Shown in pieces: positions 28,667 to 40,019 of a stretch of 64,000 nt of DNA. Made by a program: the position numbers and the translations under genes. The notes beneath the pieces were generated by a model. The model was not told where the DNA came from, did no database searches, and saw nothing but the letters and a program-made list of their open reading frames with translations. The stretch's first letter is position 1. Each line of letters opens with the position of its first letter. The DNA comes from Nitrosopumilus sp. Its GTDB lineage: Archaea; Thermoproteota; Nitrososphaeria; Nitrososphaerales; Nitrosopumilaceae. The DNA is taken from contig OY763927.2 of NCBI GenBank assembly GCA_963667665.2, forward strand, positions 96,001 to 160,000, read 5' to 3'.

Positions 28667-29429
28667 GCTTAATGAACATACTAAAATGAGTAAACATGCA
28701 CGATTACGTATACATATTGCCCCATTAGGTTTTGAATCTGATAGAATAGTACTTCCTGCTAAAGAGATGAGAGCAGATAAGGTTTGGATCTTAATACATA
28801 ATGATGAGAAACAAACCCAAGCAAAATCATATCTTGATAACACCAAAAGCAGATTAAAGAAAGAAAAAATTGAATTTGAAATTATGACATTGAATCGATT
28901 AGATTTGTCAAGCACCATCAAAGGTGTAAGAACTATTATGAGTGAAGGAAGAGATAATACGTATTATGTTAATGTTTCATCAGGATCTAAAATTCAAGCT
29001 ATTGCATGTACAATGGCTTGTATGATGTTTAATGAGAAAAATAATTTAATTCCTTATTATATTCAACCAAAAGAATATTTTGATTATAATGGGAAGCAGA
29101 TGTCAACAGGATTAGAAAAAATAATCTATGTGCCACAGTATGAAATTAAAACACCTGATAAAAAACTAATACAATCTTTACAAATCATAAAAGAAAATGA
29201 TAATCGAATTACAAAAAGTAATTTAGCAAAAGCTGTAGATAGCAACAAAATCATTGAGATTGGTGCTAAACAAGAGAATTATGAACAAGCAAGGTTTACA
29301 AGTTTGGATAAAAACATAATTCAACCTTTAAAAGAGAATTGGAAATTTATCCAGGAAAGCAAGATTGGAAGAACAAGATGGATTGAGATTACTCCTGAAG
29401 GAGAAAATGTATTGGAAATATTAGATTAG
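28665..29429 (+). CDS. HFX_2341/DUF6293-type transcriptional regulator (CARF/Csa3-like N-domain + winged HTH)
   Basis: IHIAPLGFESDR, ADKVWIL, YVNVSSGSK, C-terminal wing KIGRTRWIEITPEG. Confidence 0.8.
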   Translation: MLNEHTKMSKHARLRIHIAPLGFESDRIVLPAKEMRADKVWILIHNDEKQTQAKSYLDNTKSRLKKEKIEFEIMTLNRLDLSSTIKGVRTIMSEGRDNTYYVNVSSGSKIQAIACTMACMMFNEKNNLIPYYIQPKEYFDYNGKQMSTGLEKIIYVPQYEIKTPDKKLIQSLQIIKENDNRITKSNLAKAVDSNKIIEIGAKQENYEQARFTSLDKNIIQPLKENWKFIQESKIGRTRWIEITPEGENVLEILD

Positions 29430-29464
29430 AATGAATTGCCTATTTGATGAAAATTGTTCTACAT

Positions 29465-31888
29465 CTAATTCATTCTAGAAATTTTCGATATCCCATCTTC
29501 TTTTGAAATCTGGAAAATATTATCTACATAGGTTTCAAGCTCTCTTTCATGAGAAACAAGCACGATTTGTTGTGATTTTAACTCATCTAGAACTTCTCTG
29601 ATTTTACCTAACTGATTTTTAGAAAATCCATCAGTTGGCTCATCTAAGATCAACAAGTTTGATTTTAATGACTCTGTCTCTTTTCTCATAAGTGAATTCA
29701 GTGTTAATCTGTATGCTAATGCAATACTGGTCTTCTCCCCTCCTGACAAATATCCAATCTCTTGTTCATATCCATCTTGAATTACAATTGGTGTAAAGTT
29801 CTCATCGATTCTAGATTCTTTAGTGGGGTCCTCAACTAGAATAGAATACCATCTATGATAAGTTTCATTAAAGCTCTGTAAAATTGATAACAATACCTGC
29901 TTTTCAATCTGAGATATGGCAGGAATAAAAAATACAGTTAACCACTCAAAATACTCTGAAAATTTAATATACTCAATTTTCCATTTTTGAGATTCAGCAA
30001 TCTTTTCTTTGTTAATTGTAATCTTTTCTTGTTCATTTTCTAAATTTTGTTTTGATGATGCATTCAAAGCAGAGACTTTGTTGATCTTTTCATTATTTTC
30101 TTTAAATTCTTGCTCAGTTAATCTTATTTCATTATCAATATCTGTAAATGATTTTACTTGTTTTTCAATAATTTGAATCTCTTTTTTGTTTTTTGCAATG
30201 TTACCCTCTAATGATTTCAAACCATTCTGATACTTTGAAATTAATTTCAGAGTTTTCTCATACTTCTTTTCTGTCTCTACTATCATAACTATGGAATTCT
30301 CATATTCTACTAGAGCGTCTTTAAGTGCAGAAAGATACTCTACTGGCTTGCTAGATTCATACTCGAATTTCTCTTTTGGAACCTTATTTTGTATCTGTAA
30401 TTCCTTAATTTTAGCCTCAATTTGTTCAAATTTTGCCGATTTTTCATCAAACTCTTCAATTTGAGGAATCATCTGTTGATTCTCTGATATTTCAGATTCT
30501 AGTTTTTCAATCTCTTTAGATAGTTCTGTGTGATGTTTTTTTGTATCAAAAAATGTGTTTACAATCTTTTTTAACTCTGCATTTAATTTAGCTAGTTCTG
30601 TTTTTCGCTCATTTTCTAATTCTTTCAGATGCCCTGTTGTAATCTTTTGTTCACATACAGGACATTTTGTTCCAAGTTTTGCAAATTTTCCAATATCTTC
30701 TTTTAAGTTTTCTATATTTGTTTCATATTTTGTTTTTTGTTTTTTTAAATTCTCTACTTCTTTTTCACTTTCTTCAAATGTTTTTGAAATATTTTCCAGG
30801 GTTTTTTCTTTACTAGTTGTTTCTTTTTGTATCTCTTTTTTATTTTTACTAGATATTTTACTTAATTTTAAAATTGTTGATGACAATTCTGAGTAAATTG
30901 TCTTTGATTCCACAAGTTCATCCTTGATTTTTTGAAATTTTTCAATCTCTTTTCTGATTTGTATCACTGTTTTTGTTGTTGGCTTTTTAATTTTACTTAA
31001 TTTATCTAACTTTTCTTTAAATTCATCAACTTCTTCTTTTGCATCATCAATATCTATTTTCGCTGATTCAATAGCTGATTCATCATCTGTGATTTTTTCT
31101 TCTAGTTTATCTTTGGTACCTTCAAGTTTCACCTTTTCTAGATTCTGTTTTTGTAATTCTTTTGATCTTTTATCTACTAAGATATTTTTTGACTCTAAAT
31201 CCTTTCTTTCTTTATCTAATTGAATAATCTTTGTATTAATCTCTACAACTAAATTATCTAATGCTTTATTTTTATCTTCTAATTGAGTAGTGTCACTAAA
31301 TCTTTCTTTAAATCGCGCTACCTGTAGTTTTATTGATCCAGCAATCTTTATAGCATTGGCAACTGCAATGGCATAATCTTCAATTCCAAATGCCTTTCTT
31401 ATCGTCTCTAATCGAGTTTTAGTATCTACAAGAACTTTTTTCATCTCTTCCTGAGGTGTATACACTGCATAACGGAAGATTCTACTCACCGATAGTGGAT
31501 TTCCAGGCTCGTTGAATTTAAGAATCTGAAGTATTCGCTGCTTTAACTCTGATGGTGAGAGTGGCTCTTTTTCATCATTTGTTTTGATGTACGAATTTTT
31601 TGGATCCTGATTTACTCCAGCTGATTTTCTTTTGAGTGCTCGCTTTATTTCATATTTCTGATCATCTACCGTAAACTCTAAAATTGCATAGCCGTCATCT
31701 ACTTTTTTTGCAAGAAGGGATTCTGCTTTTTGTGAACCCAAACCAAATAAAGCAAATTCTATTGCCATCAATACAGTGGATTTACCAGAGCCAATATCTC
31801 CTTCAAATAAAGTAATTCCACGTGGAAATTCTACCTCTTCATGAGAGTAACTTCGAATATTCTCCAACACCAGTGAATTAAGAATCAT
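29465..31888 (-). CDS. rad50: DNA double-strand break repair ATPase Rad50
   Basis: GDIGSGKST, coiled coils, Zn hook CPVC, LSGGE, LILDEPT. Confidence 0.95.
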   Translation of the reverse strand: MILNSLVLENIRSYSHEEVEFPRGITLFEGDIGSGKSTVLMAIEFALFGLGSQKAESLLAKKVDDGYAILEFTVDDQKYEIKRALKRKSAGVNQDPKNSYIKTNDEKEPLSPSELKQRILQILKFNEPGNPLSVSRIFRYAVYTPQEEMKKVLVDTKTRLETIRKAFGIEDYAIAVANAIKIAGSIKLQVARFKERFSDTTQLEDKNKALDNLVVEINTKIIQLDKERKDLESKNILVDKRSKELQKQNLEKVKLEGTKDKLEEKITDDESAIESAKIDIDDAKEEVDEFKEKLDKLSKIKKPTTKTVIQIRKEIEKFQKIKDELVESKTIYSELSSTILKLSKISSKNKKEIQKETTSKEKTLENISKTFEESEKEVENLKKQKTKYETNIENLKEDIGKFAKLGTKCPVCEQKITTGHLKELENERKTELAKLNAELKKIVNTFFDTKKHHTELSKEIEKLESEISENQQMIPQIEEFDEKSAKFEQIEAKIKELQIQNKVPKEKFEYESSKPVEYLSALKDALVEYENSIVMIVETEKKYEKTLKLISKYQNGLKSLEGNIAKNKKEIQIIEKQVKSFTDIDNEIRLTEQEFKENNEKINKVSALNASSKQNLENEQEKITINKEKIAESQKWKIEYIKFSEYFEWLTVFFIPAISQIEKQVLLSILQSFNETYHRWYSILVEDPTKESRIDENFTPIVIQDGYEQEIGYLSGGEKTSIALAYRLTLNSLMRKETESLKSNLLILDEPTDGFSKNQLGKIREVLDELKSQQIVLVSHERELETYVDNIFQISKEDGISKISRMN

Positions 31889-33134
31889 CTAACTTTAACT
31901 CCAATACTCCTAGCGCATCTTGTCCTATTCTTGATGCATAGTCTGTTTTCTTCTCGTTTTCAAGTGCTGGCTGTTCTAACTCTGATAGTAATTTTTTTGC
32001 AAGAGCAACTCCCGCATCACCAACCAGATTCTTTTCTTTGAATCGTAATTGGCCAATATTTTCACTAAATACATTTGTCTCAATCTCTACTTTGTTTTCG
32101 CCTTTAGCTTCAGTAATGCTATACTCTAGAGATGTCAATCTGTTTTTACTAATTTCTACTGCACTGGCTTCACGTTGATACAGCGATTCTCTAATTACAG
32201 AAATATCTACATCCGATGTCTTTCCTGATGTCATCTCTCCATCTATCTTTATTATTACAATTTTGTTACCAGGATCTATTCCTTGTGTCTTATCTAGCAG
32301 TTCTTTGTTAATTGAATCTGCTTTTCGATTGTTTGCATCAATCTCAATGATCTCATATGATGTATTTTCTAATTCAACAAATGATATATCCTTAATCCCA
32401 TCTTCAAATTCAACAAGAACGAATCCACGTTTTTGCCCCTTTGAATTCTCCTCCAAATCAGAATGATATCCTGCAAATAGGGTTCCAGGATATACGACAT
32501 GAGAATATTCATCAAATGACTGATGGTTCCATTTGTGCATATGACCTCCTGCATAGTATGAAAATCCTTTAGGTAGCAATGATAGTGGCATATGCTCTCC
32601 ATCTATACCTGATTCAGTCTTCATATCTGAAATTCCACTATGAAATAGGAATATTTTGAAGCCAGATTCAGCCTCAAGTGAGCCTCTATCTAGTTTTTCA
32701 TAATATTCTATGTCTCTTCCAACCTTGAGTCCAGAAAATCCACAAATTTTAGCCCCAGTCTTTGGATCTATTAAAAAATCTAGGACTATCTTTCCATCAT
32801 CAGAATTTTTTACTTTGGTGACTTTGGTGATGTAACCAATTGCAGCTAGCAGATCAATTACAGAATTAGAAACTGGAGAAAAGTCATGACTTCCATAAAC
32901 AACGTACACTGGAATTCCAGATTCGTACACCTGACGAAACTTTGCAAATGCAAACTTTTGTATTCGCATCTCTGGAATATTTACATGAAACATATCTCCT
33001 GGAATTAAAATAAAATCAACTTTGCGAGAAATGCATTCATCAAGTACTTTCTCAAATACATTCTGCTCTATTTTCTGCAGAGCTTCATGCTTTTGAAAAC
33101 CCAGATGAATATCTGATAAATGGGCAAATAACAA
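31878..33134 (-). CDS. mre11: Mre11 nuclease
   Basis: SDIHLG, GDMFH, GSHD, GGHMH, YPG. Confidence 0.95.
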   Translation of the reverse strand: MLFAHLSDIHLGFQKHEALQKIEQNVFEKVLDECISRKVDFILIPGDMFHVNIPEMRIQKFAFAKFRQVYESGIPVYVVYGSHDFSPVSNSVIDLLAAIGYITKVTKVKNSDDGKIVLDFLIDPKTGAKICGFSGLKVGRDIEYYEKLDRGSLEAESGFKIFLFHSGISDMKTESGIDGEHMPLSLLPKGFSYYAGGHMHKWNHQSFDEYSHVVYPGTLFAGYHSDLEENSKGQKRGFVLVEFEDGIKDISFVELENTSYEIIEIDANNRKADSINKELLDKTQGIDPGNKIVIIKIDGEMTSGKTSDVDISVIRESLYQREASAVEISKNRLTSLEYSITEAKGENKVEIETNVFSENIGQLRFKEKNLVGDAGVALAKKLLSELEQPALENEKKTDYASRIGQDALGVLELKLDDS

Positions 33135-33135
33135 A

Positions 33136-34719
33136 CTAGAACACCTTTGTCTTTTCTGGTTTTACCTGACTACTTTTCTCTTTTACAATATCTTCAAACA
33201 AAGGAATTTTGATTGGCATTGCAAATGGAACAAAGATGCTTGTAATAATTGCTTCACCTTTATCCAGGCTTGCAATATTTTTGTCATCATTAGACAAATC
33301 TTGAGAAGCAGACGCTATTATTGCTTCTCTTTCTTGTTTCATTTCATTTCCTAAAATTATCTTTGTATTCATGTTTGCAAGAATTGTTTTTGGAATGACA
33401 CTTGATAACTGTGTAATTGCAGTTAGCCCAACTTTAAATTTACGTCCTTCTTTAGCAATAGTTGAATATATGTTGTCATTTCTTGATGTTAACACATCTA
33501 TTCCTATAACTCTTGGTGCTTCTTCAATTACTATGGTAGCTACTGGCTTTCTATCTAATTCGCCACTTGCTTTTGCATCCTTGTATTTTTGTAATAATTT
33601 TGATGCAATGATGTTTCCAACAAGTAATTCAGCTTCATTGCCTAATCGTGAGGTATCGAGAACCACAACCTTACCTTGCTCGATGTCTTTTACAATGTCA
33701 TCTACTGTGTTCAGACCTTTAGTTGTAGAGTCAAAAACCTCATGTCTTGAGAAAACAACACCTTCTTCATCTTTTTCCAGGCTCAAAAGTAAGCGTAATT
33801 TCCTTTGAACCACCATCATTGTGGCTACTGCAAACTCTCCTTTAGCTCTTTCAGAACCCCTCATCTCTGCAGTGGTTGGATCAGTTATCATTAATTCTCG
33901 AATCCAATTTCTTCTGTGCTGTCTAAATGCCATTCTGATTGCCTGGAATTGAGGATCTGAAAAATCTACAATTCCTTCAAAATGTTCAGGTCTAATTGTT
34001 TGCAAATTAATTGTTAAACGATTTGTACCAACTGGGGGATTTGATGGAGTATAATACATCAAATTGTCTTTAGCTTTATTATGATCTTTGAGTCCAATTC
34101 CATTTCGTCCAAAGTATTCATCATGTGCATCAAGCACTAACGCACCAACTTTGTTAGTGTCTAATACGTGCCAAAGAATAGTTTTCACTAAATTTGATTT
34201 ACCACGACCAGTAGTTGCAGGAATTAACATGTGATGTGAAAATACATCTTCAGCAGGTAACCACACTTCTGCTTCTTTGATTACTTTACTTCCACTACGA
34301 ATGTATCCAACAAAGATCGAATCTTTTTCTTTTTGTAAGAATTTTAAATCATCTTTACTGATTAATCGTAGTTTGTTGAAAAACGAAGGTAATGATTTTG
34401 GAATTTTCACCTCTCCTCTCTCTTTGAACACTCGAGCAAGTGGCTTTATTCTAGCCAAAACATAATTGACAAATTCTGGTTCGTAAAAGTGTGCATCAAC
34501 TACTCCTTGCTCTAAATTGACACCGGACATCATCTGCTGCATTCTATCTTGAATTTGACTACCATACTCTAATGCAAATACTTGGAGAATCAAAAATGAA
34601 CCATTTTCTTCTGAAACCATCAAATCCCCAATCTCTAAATCAGTTCCAGCCTTTTGACGAATTATAATATCGCCAAAACTTCCACCAACTACTTGTCCTA
34701 CAATTGACAGCTCATCCAT
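33136..34719 (-). CDS. herA: HerA translocase/helicase
   Basis: HAS barrel, [25 protein letters not shown]. Confidence 0.93.
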   Translation of the reverse strand: MDELSIVGQVVGGSFGDIIIRQKAGTDLEIGDLMVSEENGSFLILQVFALEYGSQIQDRMQQMMSGVNLEQGVVDAHFYEPEFVNYVLARIKPLARVFKERGEVKIPKSLPSFFNKLRLISKDDLKFLQKEKDSIFVGYIRSGSKVIKEAEVWLPAEDVFSHHMLIPATTGRGKSNLVKTILWHVLDTNKVGALVLDAHDEYFGRNGIGLKDHNKAKDNLMYYTPSNPPVGTNRLTINLQTIRPEHFEGIVDFSDPQFQAIRMAFRQHRRNWIRELMITDPTTAEMRGSERAKGEFAVATMMVVQRKLRLLLSLEKDEEGVVFSRHEVFDSTTKGLNTVDDIVKDIEQGKVVVLDTSRLGNEAELLVGNIIASKLLQKYKDAKASGELDRKPVATIVIEEAPRVIGIDVLTSRNDNIYSTIAKEGRKFKVGLTAITQLSSVIPKTILANMNTKIILGNEMKQEREAIIASASQDLSNDDKNIASLDKGEAIITSIFVPFAMPIKIPLFEDIVKEKSSQVKPEKTKVF

Positions 34720-35867
34720 TAACTAGTCACTCCATTTAGAGCATCATGTGCTGTCAAACTTGCACTATACTTTTGTAGTCTTTTCCATTCTGGATGACGC
34801 ATCTTTTCTGACATGATAAATCCCTGATACATGTTCAGTTCATCACGCCTAACTTGGGCAAATCTGTCTGCATCAATTGCACCATATGGGTAGCCAAGCA
34901 TGGCTATATCCTGGGAATTCTCAACCAAACTGGCAAGAACGGAATTTAACATTTCTTTATCCATCTTCTCAAACTGTTCTCGTAATATCTCGAATCTAAA
35001 TACAAATCGTGATTTTGCATGAAACTTTACTGCAAGCATGAATCCTCTATCCTCGGTTGATATCTCTTCAGATACTTTGACATACCATTTCTCATGTGGA
35101 ACGTCTTCTGCAATTTCGGCAATCCTTGCAAGTAATGGATCCCCTGATTCTGTAATTAGTCTACTGGTTTTTGCCAATCCACAAACAATTACTCCTTTTT
35201 TAATTGCCAAATCGTATAGTCTCTTTACATATTTTATTTCATTTTTAAAATTAGTTTGTAATGAACCATCCATTACAATCATATCTCCTTTCTCAAGTTC
35301 TGATTCAACAACATGAATTGCTAATTGCCATTCAGCAAATCGTCTACCTAAAGAATTCAACTTTGCACCTTGTAGAACTGTGGTATTTTCGGTGCTGGAT
35401 GTTAAATCTGACTCTGCCGGCAAATATTTTTTATCTTCTGCAGTATGCGGAAATAATTTTGTACTGTACCTGACAGTTTTCTTTCCATCAACGGTTTCAA
35501 TACTTGAAGTTACACTGGAATAGAATTGAACTCGGGGATTTGCTTTGGGTTTGATTCTTTTTTTACCCTGAAATATTGAAAAGTATACGCGATTAATTGT
35601 GATTAAAAAATTTGGTGACTCTTCTAGTGACCCATCACCCCCATCAACAAATGCAATCTTTCGAGGATTATTCACTGATTTAATTTCAGAAAACTCTGAA
35701 GGTGCAATTAGAAACTGTTTTCCTTTTCCATTATTTAGTACTATATCTGAATGCTCTGTTTGTGATAGATGAGCACCTAATTCTTCAATCAAACTTTTTA
35801 CTGGGTCTTCAATCATGTGTAATTTCTCACCTATTTGCCTCATTGTATACAGTGTTAAGCACAACAA
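34719..35867 (-). CDS. nurA: NurA nuclease (true start probably a downstream Met)
   Basis: AFVDGG, MDGSL, AKTS, GYPY..IDAD..A. Confidence 0.9.
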   Translation of the reverse strand: MLCLTLYTMRQIGEKLHMIEDPVKSLIEELGAHLSQTEHSDIVLNNGKGKQFLIAPSEFSEIKSVNNPRKIAFVDGGDGSLEESPNFLITINRVYFSIFQGKKRIKPKANPRVQFYSSVTSSIETVDGKKTVRYSTKLFPHTAEDKKYLPAESDLTSSTENTTVLQGAKLNSLGRRFAEWQLAIHVVESELEKGDMIVMDGSLQTNFKNEIKYVKRLYDLAIKKGVIVCGLAKTSRLITESGDPLLARIAEIAEDVPHEKWYVKVSEEISTEDRGFMLAVKFHAKSRFVFRFEILREQFEKMDKEMLNSVLASLVENSQDIAMLGYPYGAIDADRFAQVRRDELNMYQGFIMSEKMRHPEWKRLQKYSASLTAHDALNGVTS

Positions 35868-35996
35868 TGGTTAGCTGGATTGAATAAATTCTTTAGGTTA
35901 CACTAAACCTTGACAAACCTGTCCATCTAAACCATAATTCTATTTTGTCTTAGGACTACCTAGAATTAATTAAGTGATTGTTTCTAGTATTGTTGA

Positions 35997-36815
35997 TTGA
36001 AAAAAATCGGTTTATTGGGTTGTGGAGCAATAGGTACTCAAATAGCCCTTGCAATTGATTCAGGTAAGATTCCAGCTATTCTAACTCATGTTTATGACAG
36101 TTCTAAAGATGCTGCAGTTGAGCTTGTTTCAAAATTAAATACAAAGCCCGAAATTGTAGAAAACTCTCATCTTTTATCCTCACATCCAGTACACATTATA
36201 GTTGAAGCTGCTTCTCAGGATGCGGTCAAAGATGTAGCACTAAGTGTTTTACAAAATAAACGTGACTTGATGATTATGAGTGTCGGTGCATTACTTGATG
36301 AATCAATTTATGATATTTTGTCAGATGCATGCAGTGATTTTAAAAAAACAATTTATCTTCCTTCAGGTGCAATTGCTGGATTAGATGGAATAAAATCAAT
36401 CAAAGATGAGTTAGAATCACTATCTATTACCACAACAAAACATCCACGTTCTCTTAAAGGTGCAAAGTTTTTTGAAACATCTGAAATTGATTTAGATGCA
36501 ATTACCTCGCCTACAACAATCTTTGAAGGAACTGCCAAAGAGGCTGTTTCTATGTTTCCTGCCAACATCAACGTTGCAGCACTTTTATCATTGTCTGGAA
36601 TAGGTAGTGAAAAAACCGGTGTAAAAATTATCGCTGATCCAAATACTGACAAAAACACTCATCATATAGAAGCTTCTGGAAAATTTGGAAAGATGACCTT
36701 TACAATTGAAAATTTTCCAGATGCTAATAATCCAAAAACAAGTAGGTTGGCAATTTTATCTGCAATTGAAACTTTAAGAAAATACTGCTCAGATGATATT
36801 CAGATTGGTACCTAA
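35997..36815 (+). CDS. nadX: L-aspartate dehydrogenase
   Basis: GCGAIG, VEAAS, PSGAIAGLD, FPANINVA, NPKTS. Confidence 0.94.
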   Translation: MKKIGLLGCGAIGTQIALAIDSGKIPAILTHVYDSSKDAAVELVSKLNTKPEIVENSHLLSSHPVHIIVEAASQDAVKDVALSVLQNKRDLMIMSVGALLDESIYDILSDACSDFKKTIYLPSGAIAGLDGIKSIKDELESLSITTTKHPRSLKGAKFFETSEIDLDAITSPTTIFEGTAKEAVSMFPANINVAALLSLSGIGSEKTGVKIIADPNTDKNTHHIEASGKFGKMTFTIENFPDANNPKTSRLAILSAIETLRKYCSDDIQIGT

Positions 36816-36817
36816 TA

Positions 36818-36832
36818 TGGCAATAATTGCCA
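36818..36832. promoter_or_regulatory. Perfect 7-1-7 inverted repeat upstream of the nadA promoter
   Basis: TGGCAAT-A-ATTGCCA; TATA-like TTTAAA near 36875. Confidence 0.4.
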
Positions 36833-36899
36833 CATTTGCTAGTTTTTTAGAGAATTATAGACTACTTCCTATTCTTTAAATCCCTACACCGGCAATTTT

Positions 36900-37865
36900 T
36901 TGTGGTTTATGCTAGTACAACAATCTTCAAAACTCAAAGATGAGATTCTGAGACTCAAAAAAGAAAAAGGTGTGATCATTTTGGCACATAATTATCAGAT
37001 TCCAGATGTCCAAGACGTATCTGATTTCACAGGTGATTCTTTGGGTCTTTCAAGACAAGCCGCAAAAGTCAAACAAAAAACAATTCTATTTTGCGGTGTA
37101 AATTTTATGGCAGAAACTGCAGCAATAATTAGTCCTGAAAAAAAAGTGTTGATTCCAGATTTGGAAGCTGGATGTTCATTGTCTGACTCTATTACTGTTG
37201 ATGAATTACAAAATTGGAAGAAACAACATCCCGGATCTATTATAGTGGGTTATGTCAATACCACTGCGGAAATTAAAGCAGAACTTGATTATTGTTGTAC
37301 ATCATCAAATGCTGTAAATGTTGTAAAATCAATCCCTGAAGATAAAGAAATTTTGTTTTTACCTGATATGTTTCTTGGTTCTTATGTTGCAAAAATGACT
37401 GGAAGAAAAAATATGCGCATATGGGCAGGTGAATGCCATGTTCATGCAGGAATCACTCCTGAAGATATTACAAAAAAATTAGATTCAATGAAAGATACTG
37501 AATTTGTTATTCATCCAGAGTGTGGTTGTACTACTCCAATAATGTATGATGTTGCAGATGGAAGTTTTGATGATAAAAAAGTTTCAATACTTTCTACAGA
37601 AGGTATGTTAAAACATGTCAATAAATCAAAATCAAAAAACTTTGTTGTTGCTACTGAAACTGGAATATTGTATAGAATGAGAAAAGATAATCCTACTAAA
37701 ACATTCATTCCTGCATCAGATAAAGCTGAATGTCAATACATGAAGATGATAACACTTGAAAAAGTGTATGATGCATTAGTAAATGAAAAATATGTTGTCA
37801 CTGTTCCTAAAGAAATTGCTGACAAGGCTCGTTTGGCAATTAGTAGAATGCTTGAAATTAAATAA
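36900..37865 (+). CDS. nadA: Quinolinate synthase
   Basis: LAHNYQ, GDSL, FMAE, GCSL, CHVH, HPEC, C..MK. Confidence 0.96.
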   Translation: MWFMLVQQSSKLKDEILRLKKEKGVIILAHNYQIPDVQDVSDFTGDSLGLSRQAAKVKQKTILFCGVNFMAETAAIISPEKKVLIPDLEAGCSLSDSITVDELQNWKKQHPGSIIVGYVNTTAEIKAELDYCCTSSNAVNVVKSIPEDKEILFLPDMFLGSYVAKMTGRKNMRIWAGECHVHAGITPEDITKKLDSMKDTEFVIHPECGCTTPIMYDVADGSFDDKKVSILSTEGMLKHVNKSKSKNFVVATETGILYRMRKDNPTKTFIPASDKAECQYMKMITLEKVYDALVNEKYVVTVPKEIADKARLAISRMLEIK

Positions 37866-37879
37866 ACTGTGTAATTATT

Positions 37880-38272
37880 TTGGTTGGATTATTTAGTAGA
37901 ACGACAAAAGATCCTCAAGCAAAAGAAAATATTCAAAAATTTAAAGAAATCAAAAAACTCATCAAAGAAAAAAAGTATGTAAATGCACTAAAATCAGGCA
38001 CAGAATATTTGAAAAAAAACCCTCATCATCATGATGTTTTGTTTATGGTGGGTGGAATTTACTATATGGAAAACAAGTACAAAATTGCTATTTCTTACTT
38101 TGATAAATCTCTAGAAATTGGTTCTTATGATATTGATGTCTTGCTTTTGAAAGCATATTCACATCAGAAATTAGATGAAAACAAGCAGGCAATTCAATGT
38201 TGTAGCAAAATTCAAGAAATTAATCCAAAAAACAAAAAAGTTTCTGAATTATTAAAACAACTTAATTTTTAA
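37880..38272 (+). CDS. TPR-repeat protein
   Basis: AISYFDKSLEI, AIQCCSKIQEINP. Confidence 0.82.
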   Translation: MVGLFSRTTKDPQAKENIQKFKEIKKLIKEKKYVNALKSGTEYLKKNPHHHDVLFMVGGIYYMENKYKIAISYFDKSLEIGSYDIDVLLLKAYSHQKLDENKQAIQCCSKIQEINPKNKKVSELLKQLNF

Positions 38273-39087
38273 ATTTCTAAACTCATGTCAATTCCTTTGA
38301 CAGAATTAGTAATGCTGCCTACTGAAATAATATCTACTCCTGTTTGACCATATTTTGATATGTTTGTGGGATTTATTCCTCCAGATGCCTCAAGCATAAC
38401 TTTGTTTCGTAATTTTTGATTCTTGAGAACTCTAATTGTGTTTTTGATTTGATATGGTGAAAAATTATCTAACATAATTATTGTTGCTCCCTCTTTTGCT
38501 GCAAGAACTGCATCTAAAGTATTTTCAACTTCAACTTCAAATTTTTTATATTTTCTCTTTGCTTTTTTAATTATGGATAATAATGAATCTTCAACTGCAA
38601 TGTGATTATCTTTAATCATCACCATTTCATCTAACCTGAGTCTATGTTTGTTACCTCCTCCTATCTCAACTGCTTCTTTGTCAAAATATCGAAGACCAGG
38701 GGCTGTCTTTCTTGTTGCATACAATTTAACTTTCTTTGGAATTTTATTTACAAGTTCATTTGTTTGTGTTGCAATTCCACTCATTCTGGTTAGAAGATTT
38801 AGTACCGTTCTCTCACACATCAAAATCTTTCCTGCATCTCCTGTAACTGTCATTATAGTTTGATTTGGTTTTATTTTAGAGCCATCTTTTTTTAAAATTT
38901 TAGAGTTACATCTCTTGAGTTTGAAAATTTCTTTTGCATAGGCTGTACCTGCAACAATTCCATTTTCTCTTGAAATAATTTTAACTGAAATTCTTTTTTT
39001 AGATAAAAGATTGCTTGTAATGTCTCCCTTACCTATATCTTCAGCAAGAAATTGCAATAATTGTTTTTTAGAATTAAATGACAACAT
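38269..39087 (-). CDS. nadC: Quinolinate phosphoribosyltransferase
   Basis: TRKTAPG, HRLRL, IKDNH, EVEV, MLDN, EASGGI. Confidence 0.96.
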   Translation of the reverse strand: MLSFNSKKQLLQFLAEDIGKGDITSNLLSKKRISVKIISRENGIVAGTAYAKEIFKLKRCNSKILKKDGSKIKPNQTIMTVTGDAGKILMCERTVLNLLTRMSGIATQTNELVNKIPKKVKLYATRKTAPGLRYFDKEAVEIGGGNKHRLRLDEMVMIKDNHIAVEDSLLSIIKKAKRKYKKFEVEVENTLDAVLAAKEGATIIMLDNFSPYQIKNTIRVLKNQKLRNKVMLEASGGINPTNISKYGQTGVDIISVGSITNSVKGIDMSLEI

Positions 39088-39129
39088 GATGATAAAATAC
39101 TAATGTGATTTTAAAGATTTAGAAATATT

Positions 39130-39318
39130 TTATGTAACTTTGATTGCGTACTTGCCTTTCTGGGTAATGCCGAGAGTTTTTGAAATTTCTGAGTTTGTTG
39201 GATCTACTACAAGTACAATTCCATTCCAGTCTGGTGTCAAGTCTGATGATTTGCAAACAGGACAAATTTTTCCAGTTGTTACAGCTTTGCATTTTCTGCA
39301 TGCCATTTCTCGTACCAT
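39130..39318 (-). CDS. spt4: Transcription elongation factor Spt4 (RpoE'')
   Basis: ACRKC...CPVC...WNG...GKYAIKV. Confidence 0.95.
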   Translation of the reverse strand: MVREMACRKCKAVTTGKICPVCKSSDLTPDWNGIVLVVDPTNSEISKTLGITQKGKYAIKVT

Positions 39319-39319
39319 C

Positions 39320-39916
39320 TTAACTTGCCTCTACTTTAGCTTCTTTTGCAGGTTTATCTGAACCGCTATCAGCTTTCTTAATCTCTTCAGCAATCCATGC
39401 ATCTGCACCAAGGAATGGTTGTCTACATGTAATTCCAATCTTGCCCATTGAAGCAGCTTTACCTAATGAGACTGCAGTTATTCTTGCACGAAGTGTAGAA
39501 CCAACTTTTAGTGTTCTACCACTTTGATTAGCTAAAATCATTCCAGATTTTACATCACTCTTTAGATAATCATCCATCACTTGTGACAAGTGAAGTAGTG
39601 CATCAGTTGGACCAATTCTTACAAATGCACCAAAGTCTGTAATATCTACAATTTCTCCTAGAACAATTTCTTGCAATTTTGGATAAAATGTTAAAACTTC
39701 AAATTCAACTTTGTGGAATGTTCCACCGTCACCTGCAATCATTTTTCCCATTTCATCAACTTTAGCATCTAAAATCATAATGATGTAACCCAAGTCTGCA
39801 CTAATCATACTCTCGTATTTTTCTTTGAGAATGTTCATTCCTGCCTTTTTGAGTGTAGTTCCAAACAAGCTTGGAGGAATCCTAACGACATCAACTAAGG
39901 TAGATATAGAAAACAA
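39320..39916 (-). CDS. rpo7: RNA polymerase subunit Rpo7 (E')
   Basis: VRIPP, FGAFVRIGPTDALLHLSQ, CRQPFLG. Confidence 0.95.
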   Translation of the reverse strand: MFSISTLVDVVRIPPSLFGTTLKKAGMNILKEKYESMISADLGYIIMILDAKVDEMGKMIAGDGGTFHKVEFEVLTFYPKLQEIVLGEIVDITDFGAFVRIGPTDALLHLSQVMDDYLKSDVKSGMILANQSGRTLKVGSTLRARITAVSLGKAASMGKIGITCRQPFLGADAWIAEEIKKADSGSDKPAKEAKVEAS

Positions 39917-40019
39917 GTGTGATATTTTTTTTGAATTTCAATTTATGAATCTTTGGATGATTTAGGCTTAAATTTCCAAAGATTTCACTAATTTCTCAAA
40001 TAATTGACGATTTTTTTTA

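Noticed and set aside
29465-35867. HerA/NurA/SMC-like genes as an antiviral defence system
   Set aside because: Complete nurA-herA-mre11-rad50 set is the standard archaeal double-strand-break resection operon
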